This document shows, one piece after another, positions 36,752-44,201 of a DNA stretch of 64,000 nt. This stretch comes from an uncultured Candidatus Obscuribacterales bacterium. Its GTDB lineage: Bacteria > Cyanobacteriota > Vampirovibrionia > Obscuribacterales > Obscuribacteraceae. Under the pieces are notes generated by a model, which saw only the letters and a list, made by a program, of their open reading frames with translations, ran no database searches and had not been told where the DNA came from. The stretch lies in the NCBI GenBank assembly GCA_964496875.1, contig CAZCBH010000009.1, positions 1,902 through 65,901 of the forward strand, in the 5' to 3' direction. The number at the start of each line of letters is the position of its first letter. Position 1 is the first letter of the stretch. Made by a program: the position numbers and the translations under genes.

Positions 36752-37348
36752 ATGAGCAAAGCAAAGAAGAAAAGTTCGGAAACCGAAAAGAAACAGCCTG
36801 CCGATACAGAAGCGGTCAAAATAGAAATAGAAGCAGTAGTAGAGAACAGCGTCAATGTGCCCAGCAAGGAAGCCGTGGAAGACAGCGTCGAGCCGTCCCC
36901 GGAAGAGGCAGAGGCAGAGGCAGAAGCAAAGGCTGAATCCCTATTTGAAGCTCTGCACAAAGACGATCTGGAAAAAGAAGCGCCGGCACCGCTCGATCTT
37001 AGAGCCGCTACCCTGATAGTAGTCATCCTCACAGCTTTGAGCGTTCTGGCCGCCAAACAGTTTTCAGACCAGGGCATCCTGCTAATTTCAGGGATGTTTG
37101 TCTTTCTGGGCGCCTATCCGGCCATAAAGCTGGATATCAAAGACGGCACCAAGCGCTTCGCCGTGGAGATGGCCCTGATTTATGCGCTCTGCATGGTCAT
37201 CTTCGTGATCTTGAGAACGCTTTTTCCCGATAACTACAACGATGGCGAACACGCCAAGATAGTGATCATCATCCTCAGCACTATGGCCTGTCGACTGATA
37301 GTCTGGCCTATCTACAACTACGAATCTTCAGACTCCGGCGATAAATAG
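36752..37348 (+). CDS. hypothetical membrane protein with acidic (EA)n-containing N-terminal region
   Basis: EEAEAEAEAKAE, then 4 hydrophobic segments. Confidence 0.5.
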   Translation: MSKAKKKSSETEKKQPADTEAVKIEIEAVVENSVNVPSKEAVEDSVEPSPEEAEAEAEAKAESLFEALHKDDLEKEAPAPLDLRAATLIVVILTALSVLAAKQFSDQGILLISGMFVFLGAYPAIKLDIKDGTKRFAVEMALIYALCMVIFVILRTLFPDNYNDGEHAKIVIIILSTMACRLIVWPIYNYESSDSGDK

Positions 37349-37350
37349 CT

Positions 37351-37773
37351 TTATTCTTCTTCTTCCTCGGGCAGGTCTTCACCCACCGGTCTGCCGATTG
37401 ATAGAGCGATCATAAGACACTGATCGACCCTTTCCATGACCTCCTGGGGAAAAGCTCCTATCTTGCTGACCAGAAGGGTCTTGGGAATGGTTGCGATCAC
37501 TGTACAGTCGATCACACTGTCAAGGCGCAGCCCGCCTTTCTTGCCTGCCTCGCTGTCCATTTTCACCACCACCTGGGTAGGTTCCCGGGCGGCCCTTGAA
37601 GTGTTACTGGTAAGCGGAACCAACAGTACATCGTCCAGCCTATCGTTGTTGTAGTCGTTCGAAATCAATACCGCAGGCCGACGCTTGGTCTGGGTTTGGC
37701 CATCGTCTGTTGTATAGGGAAAAGAGACGAGAACTACATCGCCTTTCCTGTACTTTGTGATTTTTGTAGACAT
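37351..37773 (-). CDS. MazF/PemK-family endoribonuclease toxin-like protein
   Basis: KGDVVLVSFPYT...KRRPAVLISND...VLLVPLTSN...SVIDCTVIATIPK fits the PemK/MazF pattern. Acidic tail EDLPEEEEE. Confidence 0.7.
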   Translation of the reverse strand: MSTKITKYRKGDVVLVSFPYTTDDGQTQTKRRPAVLISNDYNNDRLDDVLLVPLTSNTSRAAREPTQVVVKMDSEAGKKGGLRLDSVIDCTVIATIPKTLLVSKIGAFPQEVMERVDQCLMIALSIGRPVGEDLPEEEEE

Positions 37774-37917
37774 TCAGCCGAAATCGCTGGTAAGTTACTA
37801 AGGGCAAAACACTGCCTTATTAATTGTACCAATCATACAGAATTTTGAAGCACAAATAGGGCTCCTTGGAACCCTTTTGCAATAAATTGGATTTAGATTG
37901 ATGAGCCGACTAGGTGC

Positions 37918-38136
37918 TTAGGCGTAATCTTCGTACGCGGCAACCATAGCGTCGTCCGCGGCAATGCAGAGACTGGCATTACGGGTCAAATCAGCCACAA
38001 AACCTGCGCGGCTGTTGATCTCGTGCATGTCCTTGAAAAATCCTATAAAGCCTTCTTTGAAAGAGAGAACTTTAGGCGGATTCTCGTTGTCTACGCATTC
38101 TCCGAAAAAATCATTCATATGGAGTGTTTGCCTCAT
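37918..38136 (-). CDS. hypothetical small protein (72 aa, or 66 aa from the second Met)
   Basis: This is the only ORF between the B12-binding gene and the mazF-like gene, on the same strand. No family recognised. Confidence 0.35.
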   Translation of the reverse strand: MRQTLHMNDFFGECVDNENPPKVLSFKEGFIGFFKDMHEINSRAGFVADLTRNASLCIAADDAMVAAYEDYA

Positions 38137-38339
38137 GGATGGCGGAATCGCAGTTTATTGTTTGAAGTATACAGGCTTTCAAGAGGTAGTTCAAGCTTTT
38201 TTAATATTAATCTAGAACGGATTCTTGAGTGTCTAAGAAAGAGACCAACCTGAGTACTCAAATTCTTTATACCCATCCGATTTTTGAAAATACCGCCTTC
38301 AAAACATTTTTTTCGCCGCTCTCAGTGGGAATTTCACCA

Positions 38340-38783
38340 CTAAAAACGGTCAGGAAATTCTCTTTTTAAGAATTCAATCGTCCGCTGGGTACCGCCACCG
38401 GGCACAATAATCTCCTTAATGCCCTGGGATAAGAGCTGCTCGCGGTCTTCATCCGGTATGACACCGCCGCCGAAAACAAGAATGTCTTCTATGCCCTGGT
38501 CCTTGAGGAGTTTCACCACCTTGGGCAGAAGAGTCATGTGAGCACCGGACAGAATGCTGAGCCCGATGGCATCAACGTCTTCCTGGACGGCGGTTTCGAC
38601 AATCTCTTCCGGTGAGCGATGCAAGCCGGTGTAGACCACTTCCACCCCGGCATCTCTCAGGGCTCTGGCTATCACCTTGGCTCCTCGATCATGGCCGTCG
38701 AGACCAGGCTTGCCGATTAGCACTCTTACTTTTCTTTTCGTCATTGTCGCAACCATTTCACGAATACTTCCAAAACTCTCCAT
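38340..38783 (-). CDS. cobalamin-binding domain protein (methylmalonyl-CoA mutase small-subunit type)
   Basis: [34 protein letters not shown] contains DxHxxG. SILSGAHM...FGGGVIP. The start among Met 38783/38756/38744 is uncertain. Confidence 0.8.
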   Translation of the reverse strand: MESFGSIREMVATMTKRKVRVLIGKPGLDGHDRGAKVIARALRDAGVEVVYTGLHRSPEEIVETAVQEDVDAIGLSILSGAHMTLLPKVVKLLKDQGIEDILVFGGGVIPDEDREQLLSQGIKEIIVPGGGTQRTIEFLKREFPDRF

Positions 38784-38811
38784 CTGACGAATAAGAGTAT
38801 ATCGCCTCGAT

Positions 38812-39327
38812 TCAGGCAGAATCGTCGCCCCGGGAGGTCTTGTGTACGATGGTACGCGCCAAGTCATCAAATGGCTTCAGATCGTACTTATTAATCAAAT
38901 AAAAACATCTGGCGGTTTTGATTATGGAGAATTTGAAAAATCTGGGAATCTCAAAACTCTCGATCTGCTCCCATTTGAGGGTCCGGCGCCAGAAAAGGTT
39001 GTGAAGCCTTATAGATTCGGCGGTGGTCTCCACTTTATTGGCTTCGAAAAGCAGCGGGATCAAAAAGAGAAGGTTGATGATACCTAGAAAGAGGAAGAAA
39101 AATACCTCTTTGAAGGGGTCCATGGTGTAGCCGTGTCGCAGACGGGTGATAAAACTCATGGTCATGGAGATATTGAGCATGAGCATGATTATCGCCCCGA
39201 AATAACGAAAGCCTTTGCCGAACCAACCTCGTTTGTATGTATGGGGAGCGTCGTAATCTAAATAAGGAAGCTTGTCCCCGGAACTGGACGTCTCCTCTTT
39301 TGACCGCTGCTTCTTTCTTTTCGCCAT
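38812..39327 (-). CDS. membrane protein with C-terminal bacterial PH-like domain
   Basis: Basic N-terminus and two TM segments, then a soluble ~70-aa domain ([22 protein letters not shown]). The family call is tentative. Confidence 0.45.
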   Translation of the reverse strand: MAKRKKQRSKEETSSSGDKLPYLDYDAPHTYKRGWFGKGFRYFGAIIMLMLNISMTMSFITRLRHGYTMDPFKEVFFFLFLGIINLLFLIPLLFEANKVETTAESIRLHNLFWRRTLKWEQIESFEIPRFFKFSIIKTARCFYLINKYDLKPFDDLARTIVHKTSRGDDSA

Positions 39328-39447
39328 GAATTCGCCTTAAAAACTTGGACATTCAATAGCATATACCGTTTTAAGGATAGAAAAAGGGCTTCCAAATGCG
39401 GTACAAAGAATTTTTGTCAGAACCCGTTCTATATATAAGGTGAGAAG

Positions 39448-41094
39448 ATGGCTAACAAAAAACTGGCTGAGTACTTGTTCGACAGAATTCAGGCTGCCGG
39501 AGTAGATTGCACCTTCGGAATTCCCGGAGATTTTGTTCTACCTGTCTATGCAGCTCAGCAGAAAACCAATCTCAAAACCGTGGTTATGACCCATGAGCCT
39601 TCGGTGGGCTATGCCGCCGATGCCTATGCCCGGCTCAGAGGTCTGGGCATCGCCCTGGTCACCTACGGAGCCGGTGGTCTGAATATGATCAATCCTATAG
39701 GACTGGCCTATGCCGAAGAATCTCCCGTTCTTGTAATCAGCGGCTCTCCCGAGACCCGCTACCGCAGCCAGAAACCCCATCTACATCATTGTGTCAAAAC
39801 CTTCGACACCCAGTACAACGTCTTCAAAGAGGTGACCGAATCCCAGGCCCTGCTGCATAATCCGGTCACCGCCCAAGCTGAAATAGATCGGGTATTCAGC
39901 ACCACCATCAAAGAATCGAGACCAGGATATCTCGAAATCCCGAGAGACATGGTCAACTACGACATCCCGATAGAAGAACCAGCCGCTCCTTGTTCGATGG
40001 AGAGCGAATCACCGGCGACAGAAGAAGCGGTCAACGAGATTATCGAGCGTCTTAAAAACGCCAGCAAACCGGTGCTTTTTGCCGGTGCCGAGGTGCGCCG
40101 CTTCAAACTCCAGGACAAACTGGTGGCATTTGTACAGGCCCTCAATCTGCCTGTGGTTACCTCAATTCTGGGTAAGGCTTCTTTTCCTGAAAGCCATCCC
40201 AATTTCATCGGCAACTATTTCGGCCAGTTCGGCAACCCCAAAGTCAAAGAGTACGTGGAATCTTCCGATTGCATCATCTCTATAGGAACAGTCCTGACCG
40301 AGATGGAGACCGCAGGCTATACAGCCAAGCTACCCATCGAAAACCTCATTCAAGCCACCGCCCGCGAAGTGGTAATCGGTCACCACAGCTACCATGGTGT
40401 CGATCTCAAATCAGTGGTCGAGACCCTGATCCAGAAATGCACTGCCAAGGTAAAACCGACCATGCGTTTCGAGATCCCTTCCATCGAAGAAGAAGCGCTG
40501 GTAATCTCTCCCGATGCCAAACAGCTGAGTGTGGCAGCCATGATCGAAGACCTGAACGGCTTGCTCAACAATCACTATTCGGTGGTCTCCGATGTCGGTG
40601 ATTGCCTATATGCCGGTCTCAGCCTGAGAACCGATATCTTCATCGCTCCTGGCTATTACTCGAGTATGGGCTTCGGCGTTCCGGCAGGTATAGGCGCCTA
40701 TCTGGCAGATCCCGACAGAAGACCGATTATTCTGGTGGGCGACGGCGGCTTCCAGATGACCGGCATGGAGATGTCCACTGCCGTAAAACTGGGCATCAAT
40801 CCGATTATCATTGTCTTCAACAATGCCAGCTATGCCATGCTCAAGTTTATCGATCAGCAAAGAGACTACTATGACCTCGCCCGCTGGGATTATGCCGGTC
40901 TTGCCAAAGCGGTAGGCGGCGATGGCATCCAGGCGACCACCAGAGACGAATTCAAAAAAGCCCTGGAAATAGCCCGGGACTCCAACGGTCTTTTCCTCAT
41001 CGACGCAGTGATCTCGAGCGAAGATATCTCGCCGACTCTAAAACGGCTCACGGACCACTTCGGAGCTAAAGTGAGAGCCGCCCTGGCTTCCTGA
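39448..41094 (+). CDS. thiamine-diphosphate-dependent alpha-keto-acid decarboxylase (indolepyruvate/phenylpyruvate/pyruvate decarboxylase family)
   Basis: N-terminal FGIPGDFVLPVY. TPP motif GDGGFQMTGMEMSTAVKLGINPIIIVFNNASY. Confidence 0.8.
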   Translation: MANKKLAEYLFDRIQAAGVDCTFGIPGDFVLPVYAAQQKTNLKTVVMTHEPSVGYAADAYARLRGLGIALVTYGAGGLNMINPIGLAYAEESPVLVISGSPETRYRSQKPHLHHCVKTFDTQYNVFKEVTESQALLHNPVTAQAEIDRVFSTTIKESRPGYLEIPRDMVNYDIPIEEPAAPCSMESESPATEEAVNEIIERLKNASKPVLFAGAEVRRFKLQDKLVAFVQALNLPVVTSILGKASFPESHPNFIGNYFGQFGNPKVKEYVESSDCIISIGTVLTEMETAGYTAKLPIENLIQATAREVVIGHHSYHGVDLKSVVETLIQKCTAKVKPTMRFEIPSIEEEALVISPDAKQLSVAAMIEDLNGLLNNHYSVVSDVGDCLYAGLSLRTDIFIAPGYYSSMGFGVPAGIGAYLADPDRRPIILVGDGGFQMTGMEMSTAVKLGINPIIIVFNNASYAMLKFIDQQRDYYDLARWDYAGLAKAVGGDGIQATTRDEFKKALEIARDSNGLFLIDAVISSEDISPTLKRLTDHFGAKVRAALAS

Positions 41095-41287
41095 TATTAA
41101 CCACAACTAATATCACCGCCGGAGAAAAGACCTCAATAAATACAGCGGCTACAAACACGGTTACGGCAATCCGCCCGGACCGACTAGATCAGGATCTGGG
41201 TGTTCTAACACGATCTAATGCAATTCGGCAACTCTTCTTCTAAGATGCCGGGTGTCAACCTCACGCTCCCCTGAAACCGTTGCATCG

Positions 41288-41686
41288 ATGAAGAAAAGAT
41301 TTCCCGCTGCTAATTCCCTGGCTCTTCTCGCCGTCACGATCGTCCTTATGGCGCCCGGAGCCCTTGCCGCCGATGAAAAGAAGACAGACCGTCTTACCGC
41401 TCTACCAAAAGCGGTGGGCGGAGCGATTGCCGGCGTTACCGTTGGCGTTCCGGTAAATATAGGTAAGAGCGTAAAACGCATGACTTTCGACATGCACGAT
41501 TCCATAAGCCAGAATTTTTCCTTCTCCGATGAGGCCGACGTGTACTCCAAGGTCGTAGCAGGAATACTGGCTGTGCCCTATGGACTGGTCGGAGGATGCA
41601 TCTACGGCACTGTCAAAGGTCTGGAAAAAGGGGTTATCCAGGGCAGTGAAAAGCCCTTTTCAAAAGAGTCCTTTAGTTTGGAATAG
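41288..41686 (+). CDS. small secreted protein with glycine-zipper segments
   Basis: Signal peptide MKKRFPAANSLALLAVTIVLMAPGALA. AVGGAIAGVTVGVPVNIG and GLVGGCIYG. Confidence 0.55.
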   Translation: MKKRFPAANSLALLAVTIVLMAPGALAADEKKTDRLTALPKAVGGAIAGVTVGVPVNIGKSVKRMTFDMHDSISQNFSFSDEADVYSKVVAGILAVPYGLVGGCIYGTVKGLEKGVIQGSEKPFSKESFSLE

Positions 41687-41813
41687 CCCGGATCAGACTG
41701 ATAGAAACCGACTGCGTAATTTCCCCAATGACAAGCGTGTCCGGTTGGGGCAATATAAGAGCATCGCAATTAATTTTATTCCTGCAAATCTTGCATCGGT
41801 TTCTTTTTAAATC

Positions 41814-43868
41814 ATGGGCAACTTTCTAGACAGTTACGATGGCAATGTAATCCGCATCAAACCTCAGGATGATACGGATTCAAATATAGGATCGCAGTCC
41901 GAAACAGCAGCCTCATTACTAGGTGACGCCCTCCACACCGCAGCCTACAGTGCTCTCCAGAGTCCGCTCACCGCGGTCGCACAAACGGCTGACTCGGCTT
42001 TTGGAACCGACCTGACCGAATCGACCAAGTTTCTGCGCTCTCCCGATGAGATCACAGATACATACTCGGCAAAATGGCATACCCACCAGGTTGCCGCCGC
42101 GGTGGGCATGATCCTGCCGTTTATGTTGGCCCGCAAAGGGGCGAGGAATATCCTCAAGACAGAAGCGGCCGTAGGCAGCGGAGTCTTCTGGAAAACCGCA
42201 GCGGTGAAAGAAGCCGCTTTATCTGGTTTCATCTATGAAGCGGCTCTGCATCCCTCCACCGGCACCCACGACAATCTACTTGATCTCGGTGTCGACCGCT
42301 TCAAGCAAGGACTCTCCGGTGCCGCCACCTTCGGCACCCTGAGCTATGCCGGCATCGGTATCAGAAGTGGTGCCAAGGGTATGTTGGGAGAAACAGCACC
42401 GAACCTGACCAAATTCTTCGAGAATCCTATAACGGCTACAACCTTAGCAGGAGCTCCTGCCGGTCTGGTGAGCGCCCAGTCCAACTCGATATTGTTCGAA
42501 GGCAAGTTCGCCGATCTCGATACATCGGTAGAGAGCGCCTATGCCATGTCCTTCGTGGGCGCCAGCCTGGCGGCTGCCCATCAGGCACCGACCAGCAAGA
42601 ACACCCTCTTGCCTCCACCATCAAATAAGCCCCTGGCTGAGCGCCTTGCCTCTCTAAAATCCACTGCCGGAGAAAAGATCGAGAGAAGCAAATTCTTCAT
42701 CCAGGAGAAAGCCGCCGAAGCATCGCGCGGTCTCGATATTCTGGTGAGCGATCTAGCAGGACCTCAGCCGGCCCTCGCCATGGCCGGCTCGCCAGTTGGA
42801 ATGAGAGCCTTTGAATTCGACGCACCGGGCAGATCGAAGGGAAACAAAGCCGTCAAGCCCGCTACCACAATGCACATGGAAGCACTGGATTTCGATGGTA
42901 GAAGCTCATCTTCCGGAAGACTCAGTGATCTGGAAGGCTCTCTGAAACTGCCGGAGCGCCCGGAACTCAAAGAAAGCCGCGAGCGAAACCCGGAAGCAAG
43001 TGCGGCTAGAGGAGAATCTGCTATCGACGTTCTACGAAGCCATTCTCTCCATGATATTGCCGACTTCGTCGCGTCCAACAAGACTCTCAGAGACCTTCGT
43101 GTAGATCCCGAAAGAGTCTTTCACGGCAACGATGCCCTCATCGTTATGGAAGTACAGCCGAGCAAAGCTCTACCCGATGGAGCCGCCCTCAAAGCGATAG
43201 TACCGGAAGGCGGCTGGGAGAATAACTGGGGCAAACGTCCCGGGGACGCGAAAATATTGGGTAAAGTCCATGAAGTAGAGATGGGCTCCAGTTCCGGCAC
43301 CGCCTATGTCTACCTTCAGGAGCTGGTCGAAGTGCGTGATCGCTACGAACCACATCTGTTAGACGGCTACTTCCGGGGACTGGAAGGCAAAAACCTGGTA
43401 TTCGAAGAACCCGGTAACAATCCCAATAAACAGTTCGGTATCAGCCAGAGAACCGGAAAGTTGGTTTTAATAGATTATCCGTCCACCGGAAAACCCGGTC
43501 ATATGCAGACCCTGAACGAAATTATTCAAGGACCGGAATATTTCGAACGAGAATACGAGGCCGAAAACACTCGTATGCGCGAAGGCAAATCCGAAGCTGA
43601 AGCCGAAGCTGAAGCAGCCGAGTTGAGCCAAACCACCACAAGAGACTTTGAAAGACAGCGCTTCGTCGAAGAAAAAGGTCTGACACCGGCAGAAAAAGAG
43701 ATGGTAGACCAGCTCTCCATGGGCATCACCAAATCCGAACTGGCCGAATACACCGCTCTCATGCGCGGTCAGTTGAATGCCGACGGGCTGCCTGACGTCA
43801 AAGGCATAATGCCTGAGATAAACGCCCTGGTGAAAAAAGCCAAAGCGGCCGGAATCAAATTCGAATAG
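41814..43868 (+). CDS. large hypothetical protein (684 aa): Ala/Gly-rich amphipathic N-terminal region, disordered linker, globular C-terminal domain, (EA)n, helical tail
   Basis: Long uninterrupted ORF with no signal peptide. No family recognised with confidence. Confidence 0.6.
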   Translation: MGNFLDSYDGNVIRIKPQDDTDSNIGSQSETAASLLGDALHTAAYSALQSPLTAVAQTADSAFGTDLTESTKFLRSPDEITDTYSAKWHTHQVAAAVGMILPFMLARKGARNILKTEAAVGSGVFWKTAAVKEAALSGFIYEAALHPSTGTHDNLLDLGVDRFKQGLSGAATFGTLSYAGIGIRSGAKGMLGETAPNLTKFFENPITATTLAGAPAGLVSAQSNSILFEGKFADLDTSVESAYAMSFVGASLAAAHQAPTSKNTLLPPPSNKPLAERLASLKSTAGEKIERSKFFIQEKAAEASRGLDILVSDLAGPQPALAMAGSPVGMRAFEFDAPGRSKGNKAVKPATTMHMEALDFDGRSSSSGRLSDLEGSLKLPERPELKESRERNPEASAARGESAIDVLRSHSLHDIADFVASNKTLRDLRVDPERVFHGNDALIVMEVQPSKALPDGAALKAIVPEGGWENNWGKRPGDAKILGKVHEVEMGSSSGTAYVYLQELVEVRDRYEPHLLDGYFRGLEGKNLVFEEPGNNPNKQFGISQRTGKLVLIDYPSTGKPGHMQTLNEIIQGPEYFEREYEAENTRMREGKSEAEAEAEAAELSQTTTRDFERQRFVEEKGLTPAEKEMVDQLSMGITKSELAEYTALMRGQLNADGLPDVKGIMPEINALVKKAKAAGIKFE

Positions 43869-43922
43869 GTGTAATTGCCTGCTAAGGCTTCGAAAAGTTA
43901 CTTAACTTGAGAAGATTCGAGC

Positions 43923-43950
43923 TTGCATTTTCCTGCTTGCGTGTTAGCAT
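43923..43950 (+). promoter_or_regulatory. candidate sigma-70 promoter for the trp leader (TTGCAT - 16 nt - TGTTAGCAT)
   Basis: -35-like TTGCAT (43923-28), 16-nt spacer, and extended -10-like TGT-TAGCAT (43942-50). Confidence 0.3.
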
Positions 43951-44000
43951 TTTTATCGTGTCGGAAATTCGGTCCTTCATACTGGACTTAAAGCAAAACG

Positions 44001-44078
44001 ATGAAGTTAAGACAAAGCCAAAATCAATTCTGGTGGAGCTGGTTCGAAAAAGCCGAGCCCCTCTCCTATTGGCGCTGA
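44001..44078 (+). CDS. trpL: trp operon leader peptide (25 aa, 4 Trp)
   Basis: Hand translation gives MKLRQSQNQFWWSWFEKAEPLSYWR*. TGG codons at 44031, 44034, 44040 and 44070. It is bounded upstream by an in-frame TAA at 43989. The SD is weak. Confidence 0.65.
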   Translation: MKLRQSQNQFWWSWFEKAEPLSYWR

Positions 44079-44123
44079 ATTTCAGATCAAGCGATTAAGT
44101 AAGAGAATTCAATCTAACTAAAA

Positions 44124-44166
44124 GACGGGCAAGGTTAAGACAAGAGTCACCAGCCCGTATTTTTTT
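44124..44166 (+). terminator. intrinsic terminator (attenuator) between leader peptide and trpE
   Basis: ACGGGC(44125-30)/GCCCGT(44153-58) plus GGT/ACC, followed by A-TTTTTTT (44160-66). It lies 35 nt before the trpE ATG. Confidence 0.7.
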
Positions 44167-44201
44167 GCATTGCTTTTTAGAAATTGAGGACACCTAAAGT
44201 C

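Noticed and set aside
44020-44060. T-box riboswitch upstream of trpE (TGGTGGAGC resembles the UGGN-containing T-box core)
   Set aside because: I found no convincing Stem I, specifier-loop, K-turn or full T-box consensus (AAnnnGGGUGGnACCnCG). The TGG triplets are in frame within a short ORF, which fits peptide-mediated attenuation instead.
43907-44098. 63-aa track ORF in the trpE upstream region as a possible leader peptide or protein
   Set aside because: It contains no Trp and is in a different frame from the WWSW micro-ORF. It also runs through the region that must fold as RNA. The 25-codon ORF at 44001-44078 explains the region better.
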